A stretch of DNA of 64,000 nt, taken from contig JAEEIV010000032.1 in the NCBI GenBank assembly GCA_016281555.1, positions 311 to 64,310 on the forward strand. Reading direction: 5' to 3'. Below are positions 38,501 to 47,228 of the stretch, in pieces. Below the pieces are notes generated by a model. The model did no database searches. It saw nothing but the letters and a program-made list of their open reading frames with translations, and was not told where the DNA came from. The position numbers were made by a program, and so were the translations under genes. Source of the DNA: Lachnospiraceae bacterium (GTDB lineage Bacteria > Bacillota > Clostridia > Lachnospirales > Lachnospiraceae). Positions within the stretch are counted from its first letter, which is position 1; the number at the start of each line of letters is the position of its first letter.

Positions 38501-41500
38501 AAGGGCGGCAAACTCTCCGACGGTACGCCCGCGAACATTTATCTCGCGAACGGCATGAAGATCAAGACGGCCTCCGGCATCACGTCGGCGGCAGGTTCCG
38601 TGTATTTCACGACCGCTGCGGGCGGCGTCTTCACCGAGAATGAGTTCGAAGCTTACAAGGACGTCTTCAAGTGCGACGTTCCGGCCACGATCGACGTGAA
38701 CGCGAACAAGGCTTTGACGGTCACTTATGAATTGAGCGGTCTGAAACTCTCAGAAGAGACGCTGACGCTCGAGCAGGGCGGCGTGCAGAGAGTCGTCGTG
38801 AATCCGGTTCCGGCTTCCGCGGCGCTCGGAACGCTTACCTATGAAAGTTCTGATCCGACGAAGGTGTCGGTCGACGAAAACGGTAACGTGAAGGCAATCG
38901 CCGTCACGGGAGACGCCGGCGTGACGATCACGGTAAAGACTTCCGACGGTAAATTCTCGGCGGAGGCAAAGGTCGTGGTCAAGGCGGCATCCGCGAATGC
39001 GCATACGCACGTCGTAGGTACGCTTGAGGATATCAATGCGGCGACCGGAGAGAAGGTGCTCTTCGAAGCGTTTGACGCGAAGAAGGTCACTTCCGGTAAG
39101 GGCGGCACGTTCTATATGTATCTGACGGAAGACGTCGAACTCGGCGGAACGCTCGTGATCCCGGACACCAATTTGGTCCTCTGTCTGAACGGACATAAGA
39201 TCCGGAAGGCAAACGGCCGTGTCATTCAGAACAACGGGGCGTCAACGGCAGCGGAGATCAAGATCTGCGACTGCTCGGCGAGACAGACCGGTCAGGTGGT
39301 CGGCGGTTCTCTGGATCAGGGCGGCGTGCTCTGGATCACGACCCCGAGTGTAGTGCTTTCGATCTACGGCGGCACCTATACGAGCGAGCGTCCGTCGACG
39401 CATGCATTCGGCGGTGCAGTCGTCAATGCAGTCTCGTTCAACATGTACGGCGGCACGATCACCGGCGGTAAAATGAACTACGGCTCCAGAGAGAGCACTA
39501 GTTCTTACTCAGCCGGCGGCGCGAACGTCTATGCCACCAACTTCAATATGTACGGAGGCACGATCGAAAACGGCATGATCTTCGTGGAATGCGACAAGTC
39601 TTCCAACGGACAGCCTGTTTACGCGTTCGGCGCGAACGTCTATGCGGTCAACATGACGATGTCGGGCGGCACGATCAAGGGCGGCCAGTTAAAGATCGCG
39701 GACGGCTTAAGCCATACGAGATGGGCTTCCGGCGCGAACGTGTACACGAGAAACATCACGATGACCGGCGGTAGCATTGAAGACGGCGTATCCGATACGT
39801 TCTGCGGAAACCTGCACATTACGGGCAATTCCGAGATCACAGGCGGAACGATCAAAAACGGTACCTCCTATGAATACGGCGCGAACATTGCCATCGACAA
39901 TACGTCCGCGACGGTCCGGATCGGCGGCAATGCCGTGATCGAAGGCGGTAATTCCACGAACGGCGGCGGCGGCAACATCCGTGTGAACGGCATCTTGTTC
40001 GTGGAAGGCGATGCGGTCATCAAGGACGGCACGGCGAAGACGAACGGCGGTAACATCTGGGTCCAGAAGGGTTCGGCGACCATTAACGGCGGCACGATCT
40101 CCGGCGGTTCCGCGGGAGCGGGCGGCAACATCCGTTCCGAGCAGGCGCTCACGATGAACGGCGGTGTCATTGAAGACGCGAAGTCGGCTCAGAACATCTT
40201 CCTGAATATTACGAACGGCGGCGTTCCGGCCATCTTCACGATGACCGGCGGCACGATCCGGAATACGTCCGGCCCTGCGAACATCGTCGTGAACGGCGGT
40301 GCGAACGGTTCCGGCGTGGCTTACGTGAACGGCGAATTCCATATGTCGGGCGGCGAGATCTATCAGGATGCTTCTCACAGCGGACGGAACGTGGAACTCG
40401 GCGGCGCGATGTACATGAGCGGCGGTAAGATCTACGGCGGCAAGGCAACGGGCGGCGACGGCGGAAACATCTTCTTGTTCAACGGCACTTCGAGAACCAC
40501 AGCCCCGAGCGGCGTGACGGAAAAGGCGAAGTACATGCCGTACCTGAACATTTCCAGCGGCGAAGTCTACAGCGGCACGGCATCTGCCAATGCGGGCAAC
40601 ATCAACATTCAGGGCGGCGCGATCGTTGAGATCTCCGGCGGCATGATCTACGGCGGCGATGCGACCGGCGGTGACATGTCCATCCCGAACATGATCGCAA
40701 ACAGCGGTGCAACGCTGACCGTCACCGGCGGCACCATCACCTGCGAGGAGAGCCCGTCCATTCCGAGAAATTCGATCTGGATCTCGAAGGCGGCTACGGT
40801 TTCGATCGAGAATGCAAAGATCACGCGCGTCTGGGCTCAGCCCGACACGCCGGCATTCATCAAGAGCGGTACGTTCTTTGCCGAACCTGCTGCGGCGTAC
40901 GTCGTAAGCGGCAACCTCATCAAGGAACTCGGCACGCCGGAAACCGAAACGGTCGGAGAGACGGATTATACCTTCAAGTATCAGGTCATTTCGAATGAAG
41001 ACGTCGTGAAAGTGACGCTTCCTGCCACGGCGAATGCGACGATCGGAACGGACATTACACTGACTGCTACGGTGAACCCGGGCAGAGTGGACATCACTTC
41101 GGTCGAATGGACCACCGGCGACGCGACGGTCGCAACGGTCGCGAAGGATTCTTCGAACCAGTACAAGGCGACGGTCACCCCGGTTGCGGAAGGAAACGCC
41201 GACATTACGATCACGATCAACGGCGAGTTTACGGCGACGACCACGATCACTGTTGCGGCAGCTGAGGCGGCGCATCAGTCGCACTGCATCTGCGGTGACG
41301 GCACGATCACGACCGGCAGCCATGCGCATGCGGTCGTGGATTGGACCGAGTGGACGACGGCGGGCAAGCTCCCGACGGCCGCGGACTGCACCGATTCTGT
41401 GGCGCACGACAGCGACGGACATTATTACTTCTATCTGAACAATGCGGATTCGAACGGGGTCATTGATCTCGGAACGAACATCTACTATCCGTACGGCGGT

Positions 41501-44500
41501 GACGACAAGGCCACGGACGGCAAGAAAATCGTAATCTGCTTAAACGGCAAGACCGTGAGATCGAGTGCTCACCGCGCGATCCGGATGCGGAACAACACCG
41601 ATGCGGACTTCACGGTCACGGCTTGCCGGAGTTCCGGTAAGATCGAGACCGTCACGACCGGCACCGGCGGCGACCAGGGTTCGTTCCTGTGGCTGACCTC
41701 CACGAACGGCAAGTTCACCCTGTACAACGGCACGCTCGACATGAGCGCCCGGTCCGTTATTTATAACGGCGGCGGCGCGTCGCTCGATTTCACCGGCACA
41801 GGCACGACGTTTGCAATGTACGGCGGCACGATCAAGGGCGGCAACTATGAACGTACGAGCGGCACTTCGAACGGCATCACGGTCTTCTTCGGAAGCGGCA
41901 CGTTCGGTGAATTCTACGGCGGCACGATCTACGGCGGCACCAGTGAAACCCGGTGCGGCGCTGCGATTTATCCGTCCGGAACCTCGGTCGTGAACATTTA
42001 CGACGGATTCGAGATTCTGAACGGTCACGCAAACTATGCCGGTAACATTTACACGAGCGGTTCCGCGAAACTGACGATCGGAAAAGCAACTATTTCCGGC
42101 GGCAGCGCGAACAATCAGGGTGGCAACTTCTATATTGAAGGCGGCGAAACGATCCTGAACGGGACGATCGTTACCGGCGGCACGTCCGGCGGCGGTGGCA
42201 ACATCTTGCTTCAGGCGGGAACTCTGACGATCAATGAAGATACGCTGATCGAAAACGGTTCCGTGCCTGGCACGGGCACCGCATGGAAGTACGGCGGCAA
42301 CATCGCATTGGCCGGCGGCACCACACTGACCATGAACGGCGGTACCGTAAAGGGCGGCAATACGAACTACGGCGGCAGCATTTACATCGGCACCGCGAAG
42401 TTCGTCATGAACGGCGGCACGATCGACGGCGGTGCGGCGAACCAGTCCGGCGGTAACTTCTTCCTGGACGGCGCGGCTGAACTCATCGTGAACGACGGTA
42501 CGATCACGAACGGCGCTTCCGGCGACGTCGGCGGAAACATCATAACGAAGGGCAAGAACCTCACGATCAACGGCGGCGAGATTTCGAACGGCGTTGCAGG
42601 CACGTCTTCTGCAGGAAAGAGCGGCGGCAACATTTTGCTGAATGGTTCCGGTAAGATGACCATCAACGGCGGTAAGATCTTCGGCGGAACGGCCTATGAC
42701 GCAGGCGGCAACATCTGCATCCAGGGTACGTCCGAATCCGTGATCACCGGCGGTGAGATCTATGACGGCAAGGCGGGATCGGGCGCGTCGGCGGCTTCTT
42801 CGAGAGCGAACATTTTCGTAAACGCGAGCGGCGGCACGATCAAGATGATCGGCGGCACGGTGAAGGGCGGATTCGAGCTCATGGGCATCAAGTCCCTTGA
42901 ACTCGCCGGAACGCCGGTCATTCACGACGGCGAGTCCGGTCTTTGGATCTACAACGAGCATACGTCGATCACGGCGCAGAACATCAAAATCGGAACGACG
43001 ATCTACGGAACCGATTACGAGCATCTTGAGGACGGCGCGGACATCTACATTGCCGGCTACAACCGGAACGGAAATGCGAACCTGACCGTTGCGGATCCGA
43101 CGCTTCTTGCGACGGGCGCTAACTTCGAGGATGCGGGCTTCTTCAGCGCAAAGGATTACACGGTCGTGGCGCTTGATGACGACAATGACGGCACCGAGGA
43201 TACGCTGCATATGATGACCGGTCATCAGCATTACGTCTTCGGCAGCAGCAAAGCGGCGAAAGAGTCGGATGATTACAAGACTGCAACGATTCAGACTTTT
43301 GAAGAATTCGACGCGGCAGCGCTTACAGAGTTTAAAGATGCGGAAACGGATATCTACATGTTCCTCAAAGAGGACGTGGATCTCGAGAAAACGATCGTTT
43401 TAGGAAACAACATCCATCTGCACCTTTGCCTGAACGGACATAAACTCAGTCTTCCGACGTCACGCGTGCTCCAGCCGGCGAGCAGTTCTGCGGGCTACAC
43501 CCGCGGCAGCGTCAGCTTCTGTGACTGCACGCCAAACGGCGAAGTGGTCGGCGGGTCGAAAGATCAGGGCGGCACGATTTGGGGCAACAGCCTGATGAAG
43601 ATCACGATCTTCGGCGGAACGTTCACGAACGCGAGAGAAGCCACGCATCCGCAGGGCGGCGCGGTCATCATGGCCGGCGTGCTCGACATGTACGGCGGCA
43701 CTGTGAAAGACGGCGTCCTGCAGTACGGCGCCCGTACGCTTGACAGTGCGAGCGCGACCCCGGCGCAGAGAGGCGGCGCGAACATCAATGCGTCTACGTT
43801 CAATATGTATGACGGCACGGTGGAAGGCGGAAAGATCATCGTCAACGCCGACAAGTCGCCGATCAAGAATTCCACGGAGACGAAGCCGGTTTACGCGTTC
43901 GGCGGAAACATTTACGCGAGCAGGTTTAACCTGTACGGCGGAACGATCAAAGACGGCAAGATCTTCTTCAAGGAAGGCGTCACCCGTACCTGGTCTTCCG
44001 GCGGCAATATCTGGACGCAGAACTTCCATATGTACGACGGCACCATTGAGAACGGCTTCGCGGATGCCAACGGCGGAAACATCCATTTCGCTGGCGGCAA
44101 TTCCGTGATCGAAGGCGGAACGATCTCGGGAGGCGTCGCGAATAACGGCTACGGCGGAAACATCGCGATGGACGGCGGGAAAGTGAAGGTCACGAACTGC
44201 GTGATCACCGGCGGTATTTCGAGAGGCCTCGGCGGAAACTTCCGTGTCGGCGCAAATGCGGAACTGACGATCGGTACCGCGGCAGACGATACGGTGGAGA
44301 TCTCCGGTGGTCAGTCCGGTATCCAGTTCACATTGGATTCGGAGTACTCTCCTTCGGAAACCTACACGATCATGGGTGCAAGCGGCGGCAACATCGGCCT
44401 GGAAGCGAACACCAGCCAGAACCGGATCGGCACGATCATCATGAACGGCGGCACGGTGAAGGACGGCAAGGCGTTCCAGGGCAACGGCGGCAACGTTTAC

Positions 44501-45295
44501 ATGGCGGATAAGTGCGTGTTCACTTTGAACAACGGAACGGTTTCCGGCGGTATCGCGGACAATAACTCGGTCAACTCGATCGGACGCGGCGGAAACGTGT
44601 TCGTCGGTACAAGCGCGGTCTTTACAATGAACGACGGTACCGTTGAAAACGGTCAGGCACTTCGTACCGGTGATTCAGGAGTGGACGATGCTGGCTTCGG
44701 CGGCAACGTCGTCGTCATGACGTCCACAGACGCGAATTCCGGTTTCTACCTGAACGGCGGCACGGTGAAGGGCGGCAGCGCCCCGAGCGGCGGCAACGTC
44801 CGGATCAATAACAACGCGAAGATGGTCATGACCGGCGGCACGATCGAAAGTTCGGCGACCGGCGACAACGTCTTCATCAACATCACCGGCAGTCTCACAA
44901 TGTCCGACGGCATCATCCGGAACGCGGCTGCCGTGAACGTGACGATCAACGGCATTGCTTCCTCCAAGGGCTTATTCACGATGACCGGCGGTACCGTGTA
45001 TCTGGCCGGAGACGGCACGAACATGAATGTGTACGGCACCTTCAATATGAGCGGCGAATCCGCGGTCGTCGGAGCGAAAGTGAATTATGGCATCAACGCG
45101 GCAAACTGCTCCATCACCGGCGGTTACGTCTCGTCCCTCTTTGGACAGCCGAAGGCCAATGCTTCCGGCGGCTATTTCGTGACCGCGCCGGGTGCAGACT
45201 TCATAGCCTCGGGTGCGACGGTTCAGACACTTGGCACTCCGGTCCAAAAGACCATTGAAGGTACGGATTTCACGTTCGGGTATCAACTTCAGTAA
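35594..45295 (+). CDS. Giant (3,233 aa) N-terminally membrane-anchored surface protein: 4 tandem ~165-170-aa repeats, 4 beta-helix-like GGxI/GGN repeat modules and 2 Big_2-like Ig domains
   Basis: Uninterrupted ORF with RBS AGGGAG. N-terminus is MNEDKKKKKKGLIIGIIIGAVALAGLGVGAALLF (signal anchor). Dozens of hxGG[TEKS]IxxG...GGN[IVF] units follow, plus Big_2-like segments at 38741-38983 and 41006-41254. A strong terminator lies downstream. Confidence 0.85.
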   Translation: MNEDKKKKKKGLIIGIIIGAVALAGLGVGAALLFGGKGGQGEPTAAPTENVEDPSVDASETEPEPVPPEGSLIDQLFWNVEKNIYAGQTEIGTSSRTPDKDDGYYHISFAVNGRTVERRVADKKIVNQIDGLDLMGLVFDDKNIVIGVRRIEEFTGGFAHKGFYVDHIEEDGTIVLNSSASLNGMEFELVVPDDAKIFDVSGNVNPIGFVLKPSDLHQGDRVYTVQDYDGNIIAAYVTERYVKNKVFWNIERMWDDAIASTKRLPDVDGVYTFLMACEGEQVTVKTKSLAVANKIDQQAAKVVSLKFDKDGYATEYLSAYPGGSFGSWYHVTELNGKKIVAHKFIAAADTGTTQEGTLADDYECYDVSGVGEFVGVKYQLKEWDKVHCVKNAKGEVSIVFVVGRTDDQAQIYWNMKRETNSQRETTKTPDANGYYWFELASNGSVKRYKTNDKKLADALDYEPARVYALRVEGDTIVKKLGTDAVTGGGSTASWFTVIEKKNAKEYVTKKIIQASDTGKVTPITLSDDVKIYNVSDNKMYDDHAGELLKQLNIGDRVHCLTNVAGEVSYVMLVNRAMGGEIYWNLSRKYDSKNKVTTRKPDADGWYVFQMATGGKQVTLKTKSKDLATEVDSYIANCMCLDVAGDVIVRAGSTTSKLKTSGGTTASWFDVLSISGNQFHAEKLIEATDTGQKRDVPIAADVEVYNVGAEYTVKGEKTDLRVGDRVHVLLNGDKQASIIFVVNRPGRKMSGTCPECGKTVTWVSFNGSYASSGEVKATESFNGNDVECQVLHYFLDGDRNLNGQSQSLKNTIVHFNMNGHTLMSAEDNRGLTLFSEYSVLKIFDLSDKKGGVIKSQNGKGMGADTGATEIGGVLWLRYGTNKLYIKDTTLDFSLMDQGMTNGAIYAPADSIVELENVTIKGAKNALTGAAIYSNGNLTLKNVTITGGVSGSGGSVYVNTGTFTIDGNTSVKGGKLSDGTPANIYLANGMKIKTASGITSAAGSVYFTTAAGGVFTENEFEAYKDVFKCDVPATIDVNANKALTVTYELSGLKLSEETLTLEQGGVQRVVVNPVPASAALGTLTYESSDPTKVSVDENGNVKAIAVTGDAGVTITVKTSDGKFSAEAKVVVKAASANAHTHVVGTLEDINAATGEKVLFEAFDAKKVTSGKGGTFYMYLTEDVELGGTLVIPDTNLVLCLNGHKIRKANGRVIQNNGASTAAEIKICDCSARQTGQVVGGSLDQGGVLWITTPSVVLSIYGGTYTSERPSTHAFGGAVVNAVSFNMYGGTITGGKMNYGSRESTSSYSAGGANVYATNFNMYGGTIENGMIFVECDKSSNGQPVYAFGANVYAVNMTMSGGTIKGGQLKIADGLSHTRWASGANVYTRNITMTGGSIEDGVSDTFCGNLHITGNSEITGGTIKNGTSYEYGANIAIDNTSATVRIGGNAVIEGGNSTNGGGGNIRVNGILFVEGDAVIKDGTAKTNGGNIWVQKGSATINGGTISGGSAGAGGNIRSEQALTMNGGVIEDAKSAQNIFLNITNGGVPAIFTMTGGTIRNTSGPANIVVNGGANGSGVAYVNGEFHMSGGEIYQDASHSGRNVELGGAMYMSGGKIYGGKATGGDGGNIFLFNGTSRTTAPSGVTEKAKYMPYLNISSGEVYSGTASANAGNINIQGGAIVEISGGMIYGGDATGGDMSIPNMIANSGATLTVTGGTITCEESPSIPRNSIWISKAATVSIENAKITRVWAQPDTPAFIKSGTFFAEPAAAYVVSGNLIKELGTPETETVGETDYTFKYQVISNEDVVKVTLPATANATIGTDITLTATVNPGRVDITSVEWTTGDATVATVAKDSSNQYKATVTPVAEGNADITITINGEFTATTTITVAAAEAAHQSHCICGDGTITTGSHAHAVVDWTEWTTAGKLPTAADCTDSVAHDSDGHYYFYLNNADSNGVIDLGTNIYYPYGGDDKATDGKKIVICLNGKTVRSSAHRAIRMRNNTDADFTVTACRSSGKIETVTTGTGGDQGSFLWLTSTNGKFTLYNGTLDMSARSVIYNGGGASLDFTGTGTTFAMYGGTIKGGNYERTSGTSNGITVFFGSGTFGEFYGGTIYGGTSETRCGAAIYPSGTSVVNIYDGFEILNGHANYAGNIYTSGSAKLTIGKATISGGSANNQGGNFYIEGGETILNGTIVTGGTSGGGGNILLQAGTLTINEDTLIENGSVPGTGTAWKYGGNIALAGGTTLTMNGGTVKGGNTNYGGSIYIGTAKFVMNGGTIDGGAANQSGGNFFLDGAAELIVNDGTITNGASGDVGGNIITKGKNLTINGGEISNGVAGTSSAGKSGGNILLNGSGKMTINGGKIFGGTAYDAGGNICIQGTSESVITGGEIYDGKAGSGASAASSRANIFVNASGGTIKMIGGTVKGGFELMGIKSLELAGTPVIHDGESGLWIYNEHTSITAQNIKIGTTIYGTDYEHLEDGADIYIAGYNRNGNANLTVADPTLLATGANFEDAGFFSAKDYTVVALDDDNDGTEDTLHMMTGHQHYVFGSSKAAKESDDYKTATIQTFEEFDAAALTEFKDAETDIYMFLKEDVDLEKTIVLGNNIHLHLCLNGHKLSLPTSRVLQPASSSAGYTRGSVSFCDCTPNGEVVGGSKDQGGTIWGNSLMKITIFGGTFTNAREATHPQGGAVIMAGVLDMYGGTVKDGVLQYGARTLDSASATPAQRGGANINASTFNMYDGTVEGGKIIVNADKSPIKNSTETKPVYAFGGNIYASRFNLYGGTIKDGKIFFKEGVTRTWSSGGNIWTQNFHMYDGTIENGFADANGGNIHFAGGNSVIEGGTISGGVANNGYGGNIAMDGGKVKVTNCVITGGISRGLGGNFRVGANAELTIGTAADDTVEISGGQSGIQFTLDSEYSPSETYTIMGASGGNIGLEANTSQNRIGTIIMNGGTVKDGKAFQGNGGNVYMADKCVFTLNNGTVSGGIADNNSVNSIGRGGNVFVGTSAVFTMNDGTVENGQALRTGDSGVDDAGFGGNVVVMTSTDANSGFYLNGGTVKGGSAPSGGNVRINNNAKMVMTGGTIESSATGDNVFINITGSLTMSDGIIRNAAAVNVTINGIASSKGLFTMTGGTVYLAGDGTNMNVYGTFNMSGESAVVGAKVNYGINAANCSITGGYVSSLFGQPKANASGGYFVTAPGADFIASGATVQTLGTPVQKTIEGTDFTFGYQLQ
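35822..37830 (+). repeat. Four tandem protein-level repeats (~495-510 nt each) in the N-terminal region of the giant protein
   Basis: Units start at about 35822 (FWNVEKNIY), 36332 (FWNIERMWD), 36827 (YWNMKRETN) and 37337 (YWNLSRKYD). Each contains TPDxDG[YW]Y..KTKS/KTND..SW[FY]xV..DTG..[YC][ND]VS..GDRVH..[VI]xFVV. Confidence 0.8.
39002..40990 (+). repeat. Beta-helix module B, paralogous to module D (43223-45295) of the same protein
   Basis: Colinear similarity between B and D: HTHV.. vs HQHY..; YMYLTEDVELGGTLVI..LCLNGHKI vs YMFLKEDVDLEKTIVL..LCLNGHKL; ICDCS..QVVGGSLDQGGVLW vs FCDCT..EVVGGSKDQGGTIW; PVYAFGANVYA vs PVYAFGGNIYA. Both end in LGTP..G.D[YF]TF.YQ. Confidence 0.8.
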
Positions 45296-45348
45296 ACCGA
45301 TATTGAATGAGGTCATCTGAAGAAACGTTCCACGTTTCTTGAACGGGA

Positions 45349-45387
45349 GAGGGGTTGCTGCATAAAAGCAGCAACCCCTCGTCTTGT
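45349..45387 (+). terminator. Intrinsic terminator after the giant gene
   Basis: GAGGGGTTGCTGC-ATAAAA-GCAGCAACCCCTC is a perfect 13-bp stem followed by GTCTTGT. A second small hairpin (AGAAACG-TTCCA-CGTTTCT) lies at about 45320-45340. Confidence 0.8.
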
Positions 45388-45412
45388 AAAATCTTTCGTT
45401 CTGTGATATGAT
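45384..45412 (+). promoter_or_regulatory. Candidate sigma-A promoter with an extended -10
   Basis: TTGTAA (45384-45389), 17-nt spacer, TGaTATGAT (-10 at 45407-45412). Confidence 0.5.
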
Positions 45413-45436
45413 GCAGAAATGAAAGGTGGAATGGTC

Positions 45437-45910
45437 ATGAAAGAAAAGTGGCATCGGTTTCTGGATGATTATCTGATGTGGATCTTCGGGATCGGCGGAT
45501 TTCTGGCTGCACTTTACGCGGTCTGGCTGCAGTCCGGCGGGATCTCCATCGCGAGCGGAAAACCGGTCGCCTCCATAGGATTTATCTATATTCCGTTTTA
45601 TCTTGCTTTTCTCGTCGTCCTCGGCGGAGCGATCGGCGGGTATGCGATCAACGCCTATTTCAAGTCCGAAGCGAAAAAGTCGAGCGATATCCGGAAACTG
45701 ACGCCGCTTGATTTCGCTCATACGGCGCGCGGCTGCATTCTGCTCGTTCTCATTGCCACGCTCGCCGCGTTCTTCATGTCGGAAGTGCTGTGGGTCCTGG
45801 TCGGCGTATTCGGTATGGTCTTTGCATCGAGTACCATGATTGTTTACAAACTCTGGGTGATCCGGTGGGAACAGACCCGGAAGACGGAAAATGATGCGGC
45901 AGAGGCGTGA
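45437..45910 (+). CDS. Hypothetical membrane protein (about 4 TM helices)
   Basis: The ATG at 45437 lies 7 nt after AGGTGG. Hydrophobic segments are present throughout. The stop overlaps the start of the ThrE-like gene. No family recognised. Confidence 0.55.
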   Translation: MKEKWHRFLDDYLMWIFGIGGFLAALYAVWLQSGGISIASGKPVASIGFIYIPFYLAFLVVLGGAIGGYAINAYFKSEAKKSSDIRKLTPLDFAHTARGCILLVLIATLAAFFMSEVLWVLVGVFGMVFASSTMIVYKLWVIRWEQTRKTENDAAEA

Positions 45911-46719
45911 TGGAGAATAACGTTCCAAACAAAAATCACAGCGATTATGCGAGAGCGCTTGACGTTGCGTTGAAGGCGGGGGCGCTTCTTCTCGAGAGCG
46001 GCGCGGAGATCCGGCGGGTGGAAGACACCGTGATCCGGATCGCTTCCCATTTTGACCTGAACGTGCAGACCACGGTGTATTCCCTGACGAGCGCATTGTT
46101 CATCTCTGCAGAAACGCCGGATCATTCCGAGACTTTCTCGAAGGTCCTGCAGGTGCCGATGAAACGGATGCGCTTAAACCATCTGATTCGGTTAAACCAG
46201 CTTTCGAGAGACCTTTCCGCCGGCAAATACACGCTGGAAGATGCGGAAAAAGAGATCGAGGATATCGCGACCGAAAAGGATCCGCCGTATCTCATCCGGA
46301 TCGTTGCGGCGCTTCTCGCCTCGTTCTGCTTCGCCTTGCTGTTCGGCGGCAGTTTCTTAGAAGGTGCGGTCGCGGCCGCGGCCGGCATGATCGCGTTCCT
46401 TTTCGTCTCCGGACCCGGCGCGCGCATTTCGAAACTCATAGCGAATTTCACGGGAGGCGCGATCTTTTCCCTGTTTGCGATCCTCGTACCGATGCTCCTG
46501 CCTCAGGCGGGCTTCCGGTCGGTCTACATTATGCTCGGCGCAATGATGCCGCTCGTCCCCGGCGTTTCGTTTATGAACAGCTTCCGGGATTTCGCGAACG
46601 GCGATTATCTTTCCGGAACGATTCGCCTTCTGGACGCGATCCTCATCGGGACCTGCCTCGCATCCGGCGCGGCCGTCATGTGGCGGCTCATTGAATTCGT
46701 GGGAGGGCTCATCGGATGA
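45910..46719 (+). CDS. Threonine/serine exporter family protein (ThrE/DUF1212-type N-terminal component)
   Basis: YARALDVALKAGALLLESGAEIRRVEDTV is the ThrE-family signature, followed by 5 TM segments. An alternative GTG start lies at 45907. Confidence 0.8.
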   Translation: MENNVPNKNHSDYARALDVALKAGALLLESGAEIRRVEDTVIRIASHFDLNVQTTVYSLTSALFISAETPDHSETFSKVLQVPMKRMRLNHLIRLNQLSRDLSAGKYTLEDAEKEIEDIATEKDPPYLIRIVAALLASFCFALLFGGSFLEGAVAAAAGMIAFLFVSGPGARISKLIANFTGGAIFSLFAILVPMLLPQAGFRSVYIMLGAMMPLVPGVSFMNSFRDFANGDYLSGTIRLLDAILIGTCLASGAAVMWRLIEFVGGLIG

Positions 46720-47228
46720 ACTGGCTGACGGTCCTGATCCACGTACTTGCTTCCTACGTCGCGACGGCTTCCTTCGCGGCGGTGTTCCAGTGCCCCTGGA
46801 AACTGCTTCCGCTCGCCGGGATCCCCGGCGTGGTCGCATGGATGACGTATTATCTTCTGAAGCCCGTGATCGGGCTCGGATTCTCGATGTTTGCGGCGGC
46901 ATTATTGCTCACGCTGGCGGCAAGGGTCCTCTCGGTGCGAAAAAGGTGCCCTCTGACCGTTTTTCTCGTGGCGGGCATCATTCCCCTTGTCCCCGGTTCC
47001 GGCGTCTTTTTGGGCGTATTTCACCTCTTACAGCGCGATTTCGGTTCAGCGCTCGTGAAAGGCACGGAAACCTTCATGACCTGCGGCGCGATTCTGCTCG
47101 GCATCACGTTCATTTCCATGATCCCGCAGAAGGTCTTCAACCTGATCCGGAAAAAAGACCGGACGGAAAGACGTTCGAAAGAGGATCGCCGGGCCGTGAA
47201 GAAAAGCAAGAAGGAGGCGCGTGGATGA
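46716..47228 (+). CDS. Threonine/serine exporter family protein (ThrE_2/DUF3815-type second component)
   Basis: NWLTVLIHVLASYVATASFAAVFQCP, GIIPLVPGSG. ATGA overlap with the upstream ThrE-like gene. Confidence 0.75.
   Translation: MNWLTVLIHVLASYVATASFAAVFQCPWKLLPLAGIPGVVAWMTYYLLKPVIGLGFSMFAAALLLTLAARVLSVRKRCPLTVFLVAGIIPLVPGSGVFLGVFHLLQRDFGSALVKGTETFMTCGAILLGITFISMIPQKVFNLIRKKDRTERRSKEDRRAVKKSKKEARG

Noticed and set aside
35342-43231. Three long minus-strand ORFs (35342-37222, 39707-41422, 41540-43231) inside the giant gene
   Set aside because: They are Arg/Asp/Ala-rich antisense translations of the Gly/Asn/Thr-rich repeats. The plus-strand frame is uninterrupted for 9.7 kb and shows a coherent domain and repeat structure.
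44972-46096. 374-aa minus-strand ORF spanning the giant-gene 3' end, the terminator and the next two genes
   Set aside because: It crosses a strong intrinsic terminator and a promoter, and it has no recognisable motifs.
46691-47224. 5' extension of the tsaC ORF (the track gives 527 aa)
   Set aside because: The extension overlaps both ThrE-family genes in another frame and is Arg/Pro-rich. The conserved Sua5 N-terminus begins at the ATG at 47225, which has an AGGAGG RBS.
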